Source of the DNA: Octopus vulgaris
Taxonomy: Eukaryota
Length of the DNA stretch: 64,000 bases
NCBI GenBank assembly: GCA_951406725.2
Contig: OX597814.1
Location: 158,906,001-158,970,000, forward strand
Reading direction: 5' to 3'
The position numbers and the translations under genes were made by a program. Below the pieces are notes generated by a model that saw only the letters and a list, made by a program, of their open reading frames with translations, was not told where the DNA came from and ran no database searches. This document shows positions 28,904-42,594 of this stretch, piece after piece; position 1 is the stretch's first letter; each line of letters opens with the position of its first letter.

Positions 28904-29297
28904 CAAGGAACATTTTGATAACAACAAACAGATATTTAATTGCCTAGCTTATTGTCAATATTGAAATCGAACGGAAAACGACATAATGGTTCCTACGTCG
29001 AATGACAAGTGCCTTAAATTAATGCTCTTATCAGCGAAAGCCTATCAAAAGTCATAGCACAGTATATTCCATAGCCGACAAACAAATCTATTGTCACATG
29101 AAGACTAAGCAAACGAATTCGTGGCTTAACAAAACAACAGCAACTCCTACAGTAGGCATTCCTGCAGAGCTTAAATACATCTGAACCATCTCTATAACAT
29201 AATGATATAAAAAGTGTCAATCTAATATGTGCAACAAATTTCACTCCTTCAAATAGTCTCTAACTTAGGAAATTTTGGCTGAAAATTTTATCTCTAA

Positions 29298-29679
29298 CTA
29301 GCAGTATCGCCCGGCGTTGCTCAGGTTTGTAAGGGAAATAACTATAAAGCATTTTTAGAGAGTTATAGCCAAAAAATAGCAAAAAGATGGAAAAAAATGA
29401 TGGTAAATTTTTTTTTAGTTTAAAATGGTGGAGTTGTGTCCCCTAGACAGTTTGCGGTTTGTGTTTCTGATTCTCGACCCCATGTCGAATTTATCGATTT
29501 TTTTCAGAACTGGGGGAACTTTTCAAAATTTTCGCTGCGTTAGTTTTGAATTATGACATTGGGCTATGTGTGTGTCAAGTTTCATCAGAATCGGTTGAAA
29601 GCCGTGGTCAGGGTGAGGGTACAAGAAAACAGACACACAGAAACACGCACAGACAAACTGCCGTTTATATAGAGAGAGA
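29298..29679 (-). mobile_element. Non-autonomous Helitron
   Basis: Minus strand starts TC(TCTCTCTATAT) and ends with an imperfect GC hairpin followed by CTAG; inserted between A and T; absent from paralogous repeat units. Confidence 0.75.
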
Positions 29680-29761
29680 TTAGAAACAGATACAAACACG
29701 AAAAAATTCAAAAAATTTCTTTGCAATAAACTGAGTGCTTCTAATAAATAAACAAGCGTAC

Positions 29762-30028
29762 CTTCCACAGACAATGTGGCTGATGTAGACACATCACCTG
29801 CCACACAAGAATATTCTCCCATATCTTCCAAAGTAACATTTTCAATTATTAATTGATGAACCTTCATATCGGCAACAATCTTCAAGTGATTATCACTTTT
29901 GATTTCTTTGCCATTCTTTTTCCAAATGACTTTGATGTTTTCCTTTGACAATTCACATATTAAAACAGCCTTTTCTTGTTCTTTCATTTTAATATTTGTT
30001 AGTTTCTTTGTAAATTCAGGTTTTAATT
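29762..30028 (-). CDS. Ig I-set array exon
   Basis: 267 nt, cttag| and |gtacgc, open frame. Confidence 0.92.
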
Positions 30029-30065
30029 CTAAGGGAAAAACGAGTAACAATTACTAAACATCACA

Positions 30066-30116
<51 letters not shown>

Positions 30117-30832
30117 AGAGAGAAAAGAAGAAGAAAAAAGAGCACAAGGAAGAGCGCAATAAAATATATAAATAAACATATAAAGCAGAAAATAGTTGCA
30201 TTTTGTATAATTAAGTTTACAGATTAAGCATGGATATTAGCATATAATACATAACACATCGATTTTCAAGCGGCAGTTTTCTATATTCTGTATTATAATT
30301 CATATTGTCTATATTAAAAGTTTTTAAACATTTTACTGTTAATTTGATTGGTTGAATGCTATGAGCATTAAATCATCAACATACATATAGCTAGCGTTAA
30401 TATTTAGGAAATAGTAAATAAACAGGCTTCCATATAGAATATGATTTGGAATAAATTCTGTACAATAACTAGCCGTAAAATCAACATAGCCATGTTCTGG
30501 AATGTAACCCGATGAAAGCCTAGTAATGGCTATAAAAAGGACGGATAATATTTAATAAAATAGCTTATTGTTAATACTGTAAAATAAAACAAAAAATGTT
30601 AATATTCTTGAATATTCATACCGAAATACATTTGATGGGCTAACAAGTGTATTAAAGTAATGTTCTTATCAGTGAAAGTCTATCATAATTGTTAACGGAA
30701 TACATTCATAGCTGACATTGTTGACAAAAAATAATGTTGCCACATTGAGGCCAAAGCAAACGAATTCGTGTTGTTAACAGTATAACGATACTAGACAAAC
30801 ACATTGGCGTTTTGAAGAAATGACACACTCAC

Positions 30833-30862
30833 CAGTGTCAGGCTCTCCTACAACAGGAATTT
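30833..30862 (-). CDS. 30-nt linker microexon EIPVVGEPDT
   Basis: tcctgcag|...|gtgagt, 30 nt, phase 1-1. Confidence 0.85.
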
Positions 30863-31082
30863 CTGCAGGATATAAATAGATTTGAGTCACCTCCACATGT
30901 ATAGTATAGAAATTATTCATCTGGCACAACTTAAAAGTTTTCCTCATGAATTCTTAGCTACGTTAGTGATACAATACCGGAAGTTATCATTATGATTTGT
31001 AAATGTTAATAATAATAAATGCTAATAGAATTTCCACATATTTCCAGAAAGGCAACTGTTTCTTATATACAATCAAGCGTGC

Positions 31083-31332
31083 CCTACACGTACAATGTGG
31101 CTGATGTAGACACATCGCCTGTCGTATATTCTCGTATATCTTGCAAAGTAACTTATTGAATAATGACTTAGTGACCCTTCATATAGGTAGCAATCTGCAA
31201 GTGATAATCACTTCTGATTACTATTCTTTTTCTGACATTTGTGTTTTTCTTTGACAAGTCACATATCAATATCTTTCTCATTCTCTTTCACTTTAAAACT
31301 AGTTAGTTTCTTTGTACTTTCGGGTTCTGTTT
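31083..31332 (-). pseudogene. Ig pseudo-exon
   Basis: Acceptor AG>CG, donor GT>GC, internal deletions, in-frame TAA codons. Confidence 0.88.
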
Positions 31333-32228
31333 CGAATAGAAAAAGTGCAACAATTACCAAGTATTGCGCGGCCAAGAGAGAGAGAGAGAGCGAGAGAGGA
31401 GAGAAAAAGGAATGTGTAATACGACAAACCAAGAAGCATAAAATAGCTATAAGTTGAACAAAGGGTTTCTAAGTGAAACGCATAAATATTATCTATACAA
31501 CACACCTCATAACGATATTCAAGCAACAGTTATCTTCTGTAATTTGTATTATAATTCATATTATATACATCACACAAATACTTAAACATTCCCCGGTTTA
31601 CTCGATGGAGAATGTTAAGGTTATACGTTGTGCATGTAATTAAAGATGATGTAATTATTTTGGAAATATTCACGCAGAATAAACTTTCAGAATAAATTCA
31701 ATGCAATATACAACGGTACACTTAACATTTCGTGCAGAAACTAAATTATTCCATATCAATCACATAGAACACATGCATATATTTTTTTATTTTAATTCCA
31801 AGAAAATTTTGTAATTATTATAATTCTTATGCAACACTTAATTAACTAGCTCATTTCAGATATTAATATCAAATGACAACAAAATTCATTTTTCTTCTAT
31901 GTGTATACTAAATTTCACTTACAATACCTCACCAAACAAACACATTGGCGCCATAAAGAAATGACACATTCATCAGTGTCAGTCTGTACTACAACCGGTA
32001 GTTCATAGGGTACAAATAAATTTAAATGATCTACTGATGTATAGATAATATACATTTTGTCAATCTAGTTTTATACCCACTGCCCACAAAAAAAAATATT
32101 ATTCTTTAATCTATGGAAATATAGCTGGAAATAATCTTTCTGATTAACAACCCTACTGATGTACATCATGAGAAAATTCAAATCATTTCCCTCCAAACAA
32201 CTACTTCTAATAATACAAAGAATCATAC

Positions 32229-32495
32229 CTTCCACAGATATCGTGGCTGATGTAGACACATCACCTGTCGCACAAGAATATTCTCCTATGTCTTGCAAAG
32301 TAACATTTTCAATTATCAATTGGTGAACCTTCATATCGGCAACAATCTTCAAGTGATTATCACTCTGAATTTCTTTGCCATTCTTTTTCCAAATGGTTTT
32401 TATGTTTTCCTTTGACAATTCACATATTAAAACAGCCTTTTCTTTTTCTTTCATTTTAATATTTGTTAATTTCTTTGTGAATTCAGGTTTGATTT
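32229..32495 (-). CDS. Ig I-set array exon
   Basis: 267 nt, tgtag| and |gtatga, open frame. Confidence 0.92.
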
Positions 32496-33211
32496 CTACA
32501 GAAAAGCGATCAACAAATACCGGACACCACATAGGCAGGAGAAAAAGAAAGAGTGAGAAAGAGAATGACACAAAGTGAGAGCAGAGAGAGCAACATGTTA
32601 TACAAACAATGCTGAATGGATTTCAAAGCATAAATGAGCTACATATATTACAAATAAGGTTAATAAGTCAAGCTCATATGCACTAAAATACAAAACACTA
32701 CACAACGATATTGAAGCAGCATTATTCTTCTAAAATTATATTACAGTTCATATCATCATCTCGTAAATTGCAAAAAAGGTGATATATACAATTATTGATA
32801 GCTTGAAACAATAATACTTGGATATCCTGATAAAAAAATAGCATTTAGAATACACACTATGTAATATATGACCATTCATTTAACATTTCTGAAGCCAAAT
32901 TTTAAGCTAGATTATTTGATATAAAGTAAAAATTACACGTGAAATTATTGTTCATTTTAATTTGACAAAGACTTTGTAATATTTAAGTTTTAAAATCAGA
33001 CGAAAACAATGTAACCGTTTCTTCAATGTATAACATTTGATAGGTTAAATTTATCAAAGAAATATTCTACTCAGTAAAATCCTATCAGAAATCATTCATA
33101 TTGGAAAATCGATATTGTTGACACATTGAAGCCAAAGCAAACATCTTTGCATTGTTAACAATATAACGACACTAGGCAAACACACTAGCGCCATATAATG
33201 ATGACACTCAC

Positions 33212-33241
33212 CAGTGTCAGGCTCTCCCACAACAGGAACTT
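33212..33241 (-). CDS. 30-nt linker microexon EVPVVGEPDT
   Basis: ccctgcag|...|gtgagt, 30 nt, phase 1-1. Confidence 0.85.
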
Positions 33242-33424
33242 CTGCAGGGTATAAATAAATTTGAGTCACTATCACATGTACACATAAGAAATAATCAATC
33301 TAGCAAATTAACATGTTCCATTCTCAACAAGAATTACAGAAATCACCTCTCTGATTAGTAACTATCACAAATGTAAATTATTTCCTAAACAAAAGATTTA
33401 TTTCTAATATACAAACAAGCATAC

Positions 33425-33691
33425 CTTCTACAGACAATGTGGCTGATGTAGACACATCACCTGCCACACAAGAATATTCTCCTATATCTTCCAAAGTAAC
33501 ATTTTCAATAATTAGTTGGTGAACCTTCTTATCGGCAACAATCTTCAAGTGATTATCGCTTTTGATTTCTTTGCCGTTCTTTTTCCATGTAACTTTTGTG
33601 TTTTCTTTTGATATTTCACACAGAAAGACAACTTTTTCCTTTTCTTTCACGTTAATATTTGTTAATTTCTTTGTAAATTCAGGTTTTATTT
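33425..33691 (-). CDS. Ig I-set array exon
   Basis: 267 nt, cttag| and |gtatgc, open frame. Confidence 0.92.
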
Positions 33692-34669
33692 CTAAGTAAA
33701 AACGAACGACAGTTACAAAACATGACAAGGTCAGGTGAAAGAAAAAGAAATAAAGAAAGAAAAAGACTGAGAGAGAAACATAACATATAAAATACATGCA
33801 AGTATTTCGAGCGAAGCATAAAGTAGCTACATATTTCACAAATAAATTTACAAGTCAAACAAATAAATATTTGAAATACATCACATTACATAACAAATAT
33901 TCAAACGATAATTATCTTTTATATTTGTATTTAAATTCTATGGTTAACTCGATGTAGGATACAATTTCTTGTAAAGTGATATGCACATAGTCATGGTTAT
34001 CTTTAATATTTAGAAGATATCAACATATGGCTGTTTTCATATAGAATATAATTTACAAAGATTTTATAGGTTATATTACAGTACGCTTAACATTTCATAA
34101 ACAAATTTAAGTATTCGATATTCACAAAATATATACATTCATACTTGGCTACAGACAGGTATGAAACATCTAATTACCTAGTTTATTGTCAATATTTTAA
34201 AATGAAAATCAAAGATATTGATCCTTTACTATGCATGTCGAGTTATATCGAAAAGCTAGCAAGTGTATCGAAGCAATGAATACACTTATCAGTGAAAACT
34301 TATCCGAAATTCTAGTGCATTATTTTCAAAGTTGACAAGATATATTGGTGTTACATTGACACCAAATCTAAGAAATTCAAATGCATAACATTAAAGCGAC
34401 ACCAGACATGCACACTAGCGTCAGGCTCCTTTACAACAGGTAGTTTTGTAGATGGTAAAGAAATTTTAATTGTCTTTAAATATATAAATGATAGAGAGAC
34501 TATCAATCTAGCACAGTTTACAAGTTTCTCTTAAAAAATCTCTTCTGTAAATTATGGAGATATTGCTGGAAATTATCATTATGAAAATTATAAGCAAATA
34601 ACCTACATTGCAAAACATGTAAAAATATTTCCTCGCAAATAACTGCTTCTAATATACAAACAAGTGTAT

Positions 34670-34920
34670 CTTCCACAGATATTGTGGCTGATGTAGACAC
34701 ATCACCTGCCACACAAAAATATTTTACTGTATCTTTCAAAGTAACATTTTCAATAATCAATTGACAACAATTTTCAAGTGACTGTCACTTTGAATATCTT
34801 TGCCATTCTTTTTCCAAGTGACTTTTGTGTTTTGCTTTGACAATTCACATAATAAAACAACTATTTCTTTTTCTTTCACTCGCATATTTGTTAATTTCTT
34901 TGTGAATTCAGGTTTTAATT
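34670..34920 (-). pseudogene. Young Ig pseudo-exon
   Basis: 251 nt (16-nt frameshifting deletion), acceptor AG>TG, donor GT>AT. Confidence 0.92.
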
Positions 34921-35663
34921 CAAAGGAGAAACAAGCAACAATTACCAAACACCAACTGGACTGGTGATGGCGCGAGAAAGAGAGAGAAATGGAGTGAAAA
35001 TCATAATATAAAATGAACATATGATGGATTTCGAAGCATATCGAAACATGTTATAATTAGGGTCAAAATTCAAGCATATTAACATTAGTGATACAGTGCA
35101 GTATAGACTGATATTAATGTAGAAATTATTTTCTACATTTTCTATTATAATTCATATATATGCTATAAAGTATGAAGCACGCAGATATGGACAGCTTTAA
35201 TATTTAAGAAATATTAGAAAACGAATGTTTTCATAATCAATATCATTTAGAATGTATTTTATAAAATATATAAGAGTACAGTTGACATTTCTCAATCTAA
35301 TATTTTATATTTGATATTAACTAAATACACGCATACACCTGTATTTCATTGTAATATGATGGAAGCGTAGTAATGGCTACAAAAAGATGCTATATGTATT
35401 TATCTAGTCTAATTTCTAAATTGTAACACGAAAACAATTTACATTTTGTACAAATAGTTTACCGACTTACATTTGATTGACTAACAACTGTGTCAAAAAA
35501 ATGTTCTCCTTGTGAAAGTCGATCACAAATGATAATACAATACATTCATAAATGACAAAAAATATTGTTGCCACATTGAGGCGAAAGCAAACGAATTCGT
35601 ATGATTAACAATATAACGACACTAGACAATCACATTGGCGCCTTAAAGAAATGACACACTCAC

Positions 35664-35693
35664 CAGTGTCAGGCTCTCCTACAGCAGGGATTT
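35664..35693 (-). CDS. 30-nt linker microexon EIPAVGEPDT, flanked on both sides by dead Ig exons
   Basis: ccctgcag|...|gtgagt, identical to the copy at 24836-24865. Confidence 0.83.
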
Positions 35694-35905
35694 CTGCAGG
35701 GTATAAATAGATTTGAGTCATTTTTACATGTACAATATAGAATTCGTCAATCTAGCACAACTTACAAGATTTTTCTCCTTAATTTCTTACACATATTATC
35801 GATATATTGCTGGAAATATAAGTTGTAAATGCTGATAAGTCGCATGACAAAAAGATTCAACATATTTCCTCGGAGTGAACTACCTACTTTTAATATACAA
35901 ACAAG

Positions 35906-36146
35906 TGTCGCTGATGTTGAAACATCACCAACCACACAAGAAAATTCTCATTGCAAGGTAACAGTTTGAATAATCAGTTGGTGAACCTTCATATCGGCTA
36001 CAAACTACAAGTGACTCTCGGGATTTCTTTGCCATTCTTTTCCCATGTAACTTTTATACTTTCCTTTTGCAATATACATAGAAAAGTATTTTCTTTCTCT
36101 TTCACTTTAATATTTGTTAATGTCTTTGTAATTTCAGGCTTTATTT
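35906..36146 (-). pseudogene. Ig pseudo-exon
   Basis: Donor deleted (caagtgt joined to cgctgatg), acceptor AG>GG, several small deletions. Confidence 0.9.
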
Positions 36147-37135
36147 CCAAAGGAAAATAAGTAACAATTACCAAGATTCACGTGGTCAAAAGAGTGAAAG
36201 AGAGAAAGTGAGTGAGTAGGGAAGAGAAAGAGAGAGAAGGCGAAACAACGTAGTGGAAATAAAAATGATATAGAATCGATTTCGAAACAAATTACACGAG
36301 CGTGTAGACATCTGTAATGCAACACACTATACAACGATAATCAAGCATCAAATATCTTACAAAACTGGAAACTTAAACACATTCTACTGTAAACTCGATG
36401 CAGGATGGTATTTGTTGTAAAGAGGTATACACAGTTACGGGAAGCTTTAATATTTAGGAAATAGCAACGCAACTACGTCTTCATTTAGCAACACATCCAT
36501 GTCCTCATTTAGAATAGGATTTAGAAGAGATTTAAACAATATATTGCAGTAAAGTTAACAACTGAAGATTTCGATATTACATTGAATACACCTATACTCA
36601 TATATTTTGATGTTACCTGAAAGAAAATCTAACGGCATCACGAAACTGAATTGTAATATTTAAATACCTATCATAGTTTAAATATCAAAATGAAAGTAAA
36701 ATGTTTGTTTCATCAATATGTATACGCGCCAATTCTTGATAGCCTGGTAAATGGTTTTTTTTATCGTTAATTTTAAATATATAAATAGAAATCCAGTACA
36801 GTATTAATTTAGAAACAATGTCATTGCCACATGGAAACAACACCATACTAAAGAATCTAGACATACAACTTTTCGGCATTCAGCAATGACACATACACCA
36901 GTGTCCGGCTCGCCTACAACCGTGATTCTGCATAATATTAATAAAAAATCACTCATCTTCATATGCATGAATAATGTAAAAAGTTTGAAGCTAGCACTGT
37001 TTACAAGTTTCTCTCAAACTTTTCGTCTCTATATTACCGACATATTACGAGTAAATAAAAACTAATAATAGATATGACAAGTATTTAAAAAAGATAGCCC
37101 TTCAAGGGTTATTTCTACTATACAAACAAGAATAC

Positions 37136-37405
37136 CTTTTACAGACAATGTAGCTGATGCGGAAACATTACCTGCCACACAAGAGTATTTTCCTATATCT
37201 TGCAGAGTGACATTTTCTATATCAGTTGGTAAACTTTTATATCGGCCACAAACTTCAAGTGACTATCACTTTAGATTGTTTTTGTTTTTTGCTATTTTTC
37301 CCCATGAAACTCTTGTTCTTTCCTTCGATAATTCACACTACAAAACCTTTTGCTTTCCTTTCACTTTTATATTAATTAGTTTCTTAGTAAATTCAGGTTT
37401 TATTT
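37136..37405 (-). pseudogene. Ig pseudo-exon
   Basis: Acceptor AG>CG, donor GT retained, internal indels disrupt the frame. Confidence 0.88.
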
Positions 37406-37440
37406 CGAAGAAAAAACGAGCAACAATTTCCAAATATCAT

Positions 37441-37484
<44 letters not shown>

Positions 37485-38397
37485 GATGAAATAAACATTT
37501 TTCTTTTAGCAGTTTGATATACAAAAAAAAACATACGATGATCTCGGAATATAAAGTATATATTCGCAATTAGGTCTATAATCACACAAACCTATTCCAA
37601 CCACACCACACTATACAATGAGGTTCACACAGCAATAATATATAATGTGCATTATAATCTATGTTATCTGAGTCGGAAAATTCTAAACTGCTACTTCGAT
37701 GCAGGATTCTATGTGGTGTAAGATAGTTACACAATTGATTTCATATTTCATGGAATAATAATACACGGATGTTTTCATATATAAGATAATTTAGTACAGA
37801 TTCTATAATGTACATCGCCGTATATTTAAACCGTAAACGAAAATAGAAAAATTTAAGATGAACTACAGTACATACATACATATATTGTTCATTGTAGTCT
37901 GAAGAAAATCAAATAATGGCTCCAACTCAGCAAATTTTAAATTTTGAAACCAAATGCAACAAAATGTGAGTGTTTCTACAATGTGTACAACATTTACTCG
38001 TAGGCTGACAAAGCTCTGTTTCTTATCAATGAAAGCATACCACTAATGAAAGCCCAGGCTATACCTTGTTGACAAACAATATTGTTGTCACATGGAAGTA
38101 AAATCAAAAAACTGTTGATAAATAAATATCGACATCAGATACATATTCTGGGCATGAGATAATGATACACACACAGGCTTCGGGCCCTATTACGGCTTGT
38201 TATTCTGCAGGATATAAACAACCACTATTCTTGTTGTTAATTAATAATGTACATATTATGAAAGTACTGCAATATGAAATTCCATAAGACATTTCTTCAT
38301 TAGATCACAAACTGAATAATTAGTAGCAGTTAGTAAGATACGTGACAATTCAAAACATTACTCAGAAAAGATCTATTTCTAATTACAAACAGCATAC

Positions 38398-38664
38398 CTT
38401 CCACAGATATTGTGGCTGATGTAGACACATCGCCTGCCACACAAGAATATTCTCCTATATCTTCCAAAGTAACATTTTCAATTATCAATTGGTGAACCTT
38501 CATATCGGCAACAATCTTCAAGTGATTATCACTCTGAATTTCTTTGCCATTCTTTTTCCAAATGGTTTTTATATTTTCCTTTGACAATTCACATATTAAA
38601 ACAGCCTTTTCTTTTTCTTTCATTTTAATATTTGTTAATTTCTTTGTGAATTCAGGTTTGATTT
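38398..38664 (-). CDS. Ig I-set array exon
   Basis: 267 nt, cttag| and |gtatgc, open frame. Confidence 0.92.
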
Positions 38665-39431
38665 CTAAGAAAAAATACAAGCAAGTTTTTACCAAACATA
38701 ACATGAGACGAAACAGTATAACATAACAAAATACATACATAAAGGAATTTCCAAAGAATATAGAATTTACAAATGACAATAATGTTTACAAGTAAAATAC
38801 AACATGTAAATTATACATTAATATTACTGATACAACACACTAAACAACGGAATTATCTTCTAAACAACAAATTATCTTCTAAATTCCTATTAAAATTTAT
38901 AACTATCTTGAGAATTTAAAAAAAATATTCTACTGTAAACTCACTGAAAGATCCTACTAGATGCTAAATATCTGCATACTTACAATCGCATTATGTAGAA
39001 AATATTATCATAAACTTTCGTATTGCACATAATTTAAAAGAGATTTTGATTAGTATGTTATAGTACAATAAAATTAATCCACAGAAAACTAATGTATTCT
39101 AGATAAGCAGATGAATATAGTGTTCAATGTAATATGAAAATACCCTTGTATTGGTTCGAAATAGGCATTTAACGTTGAATTACCTGATAATAAATAATCA
39201 ATTTAAAAGTATATCAATGATAATGTTTATTTAATGTGCTCGCCAATTTACTTGCAATTAACTAACAAGAGCGATAAAGCAGTGTAGCATATCACAAACA
39301 GAAGAATTGTTATTTATATTTGAGACTCAATACTGTTGTTACGTTGAAGCCAAAGCAAACAATTTTGTTCGAGTAACAAAGCAACGACGCCAGATGTATT
39401 GATTGGCTCCAATGAGAAATAAGACACTCAC

Positions 39432-39461
39432 CAGTGTCAGGCTCTATTACAGCAGGTAGTT
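39432..39461 (-). CDS. 30-nt linker microexon ELPAVIEPDT
   Basis: tcctgcag|...|gtgagt, 30 nt, phase 1-1. Confidence 0.85.
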
Positions 39462-39687
39462 CTGCAGGATAGAAATATAAATAAAATTGCTTCATAATGA
39501 AAAAGAATATTGAATAAAGTACAAATAGCAAATTTACCACACTTTACAGATTTACCTTAAGCATTTCTTTTCTAGATTAACTAAATTTTCGCAGTATTTT
39601 TACAATCATTAGTAGATATACACAACAAGCAATTCAAAACATTTCTTTGCAATGAACTAGCTTCTACTAATATACAAACAAGCGTAC

Positions 39688-39954
39688 CTTCCACAGATAT
39701 TGTGGCTAATGTAGACACATCACCTGTTGCACAGGAATATTCTCCTATATCTTGCAAAGTAACATTTTCTATAATCATTTGGTGAACTTTCATATCGGCA
39801 ACAATCTTCAAGTGATCATCACTTTGAATTTCTTTGCCATTCTTTTTCCATGTGACTTTAATGTTTTCCTTTGACAATTCACATACTAAAACAGCCTTTT
39901 CTTTTTCTTTCAATTTAATATTTGTTAGTTTCTTTGTAAATTCAGGTTTGATTT
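39688..39954 (-). CDS. Ig I-set array exon
   Basis: 267 nt, cttag| and |gtacgc, open frame. Confidence 0.92.
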
Positions 39955-40654
39955 CTAAGAAAAAACAAACAGATTTTACTAAACATAACATGAGACAAAA
40001 CAGCATAACATATCCAAATTACAAACAAGGAATTTCCAAAGCATATAAAAATTACAAACGATACGATAAAGCTTACAGCTGAAATAATTGATATTACACA
40101 TACAACACACGAAACAACTAATATACTTCATAACACTTACAGTAAGAAGTTTTGAAAATATTGTACCGTAAACTGATTGCAAAATCTTACTAGATGTTTA
40201 GTGATATATGCATACGCACGCTCGCATTAATATTAAAGAAATATTATAATCTGATCAGATAGAATACCACTTAGCAGATTACCTAGCGTATATTGTCACA
40301 CAAATAAATATATGTAAAGAAAAATAGGCACATAAATATTGCTCAATGTAATCTGGAAATACACTTATACAGGTTCGAAATAGGCAATTAATGTTGAATT
40401 GTCTTATGATATATATATATTGAATTTAAAAGTATATAAATGATAATGCTTATTCAATGTGTACACCGATTAATTTAGGATAGGCTAACACACACACCAT
40501 TGCAGTGTGGCTTATCACAGTTCGAAGGACTGTACATTATAGTAGAGAAACAATACTGTAGCTTCATTGAAGCCAAAACAGACAAATTTGTACGAAGAAC
40601 AACGTAACGACACTAGACATACATATTGGCTCCATTGAGAAATAAGACACTCAC

Positions 40655-40684
40655 CAGTGTCAGGTTCTATAACAGCAGGCAGTT
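40655..40684 (-). CDS. 30-nt linker microexon ELPAVIEPDT
   Basis: ccctgcag|...|gtgagt, 30 nt, phase 1-1. Confidence 0.85.
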
Positions 40685-40901
40685 CTGCAGGGTGAAAGTA
40701 AAAATTAAATCACTACGTAATAGTAAAAAAAGCATCCAATCATACAGAAATTGTAAATATAGCGTAACTTACAGGAATATTTTAGCATTTATATTCCTCA
40801 TTAAAATATATTGTGGCCAATTTTCATAAAAATGCGCAATAAGAACTTCAAAATATTTCCTTGCAACAAACTAACTACTAGTAATATACAAACAAGTGTA
40901 C

Positions 40902-41057
40902 CTTCCACAGATATTGTGGCTGACGNNNNNNNNNNNNNNNNNNNNNNNNNNNNNNNNNNNNNNNNNNNNNNNNNNNNNNNNNNNNNNNNNNNNNNNNNNN
41001 NNNNNNNNNNNNNNNNNNNNNNNNNTGTTAGTTTCTTTGTAAATTCAGATTTTATTT
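40902..41057 (-). CDS. Ig I-set array exon interrupted by an assembly gap
   Basis: Intact acceptor (EIKSEFTKKLT) and donor (SATISVE|gtacac) on either side of 100 N. Confidence 0.7.
40926..41025. other. Assembly gap (100 N placeholder)
   Basis: Run of exactly 100 n. Confidence 0.99.
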
Positions 41058-41556
41058 CTAAGAAAAAAAAACAAGCAGGTCTTACGAAACATAACATGAG
41101 ACAAAACAGTATGAAATAACAACCAAAATACATACAAAGAATTTCCAAAGCATATAATAACTGCAAACGATATGATAAGGCTTACAGTTGAAATACATTA
41201 ATATTGCAGATACAACACACGAAGCACAAAACTCAAGCAGAAATCACCTCCTAAATTTCTTATATATTTCGTAACACCTAAACTGAGAATTTTAAGCTCG
41301 AAATAAGCTTGTAATGAATTGTCTTATGATTTATATTGAATTTAAAAGTAAATCAATGATAATGTTTATTCAATGTGTACATCGATTAATTCACGACAGC
41401 AATGCAGTGTGTCTTATCACAGTTCGAAGGACAGTACATTATAGTAGAAAAACAATACGGTTGCCACATTGAAGCCAAAGCCAGCAATTTCGTTCGAATC
41501 GCAATGTAACGACACTAGACATACATATTGGCTCCATTGAGAAATAAGACACTCAC

Positions 41557-41586
41557 CAGTGTCAGGCTCTATAACAGCAGGCAGTT
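41557..41586 (-). CDS. 30-nt linker microexon ELPAVIEPDT
   Basis: ccctgcag|...|gtgagt, 30 nt, phase 1-1. Confidence 0.85.
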
Positions 41587-41801
41587 CTGCAGGGTAAAAG
41601 TAAAAATTAAATCACTACGTAATAGTAAAATATTTAGTCATTCAGAAATTGCAAACTTTTCATAACTTACAAGGTTTACTTTAAGTATTTATATTCCACA
41701 TTAAAAGATATTGTGGACAATTTTCATAAAAATGCGCAATAAGAAATTCAAAATATTTCCTTGCAACAAACTAACTACTACTAATATACAAACAAGTGTA
41801 C

Positions 41802-42068
41802 CTTCCACAGATATTGTGGCTGATGTAGACACATCACCTGCCACACAAGAATATTCTCCTACATCTTGCAATGTAACATCTTCAATAATCAGTTGATGAA
41901 CCTTCATATCGGCAACAATTTTCAAGTGATTATCACTCTGAATTTCTTTGCCATTCTTTTTCCAAATGACTTTTGTGTTTTCCTTTGACAATTCACATAT
42001 TAAAACAGCCTTTTCTTTCTCTTTCATTTTAATATTTGTTAATTTCTTTGTGAATTCAGGCTTTATTT
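41802..42068 (-). CDS. Ig I-set array exon
   Basis: 267 nt, catag| and |gtacac, open frame. Confidence 0.92.
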
Positions 42069-42449
42069 CTATGGGAAAACAAGCAGGTTTTACCAAACAT
42101 CATCAGACAAAAGAGAGCAACTTAAGAAACAAAATTGATACAAGGGATTTCCAAAGAAAATAGTATTTACAAATGAAATGATAAGGTTTGCAAGTGAAAT
42201 AAATCAATCCTATGAATAAAACACACTAAGCAACGAAATTGAAGGAGAAATTATCATCTAAATTTCTAATATAACTCATAAATTTAGAAGCTTTGAAAAT
42301 ATTCTACTGTAAACTCTTTGTAAGTGTTCCCTAGATGCCAAGTGATATATGCTCACATCTACGCTCGCATTAATATTTAGAAAATATTATCACAATCTCT
42401 TCATGTAGAGTATCATTCAGAAGAGCATCTGCATAGTATATTTTCCCTG

Positions 42450-42594
42450 AATTAAATGTATGTAAAGAAAACGAAAGTATTCAAGAGAAATATTGTCGTA
42501 CAGTTAAATTAATGTGAAGATAACTAATCTGTTCGAGATAAATGTTGTCGAACAGTTAAATTTACGTAAAGAAATCTAAAGTTTTCGAGATAAA
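42450..42594 (+). repeat. Degenerate ~52-bp minisatellite, about 2.7 copies
   Basis: gagaaatattgtcgtacagttaaatt at 42485 recurs as gataaatgttgtcgaacagttaaatt at 42537. Confidence 0.7.
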
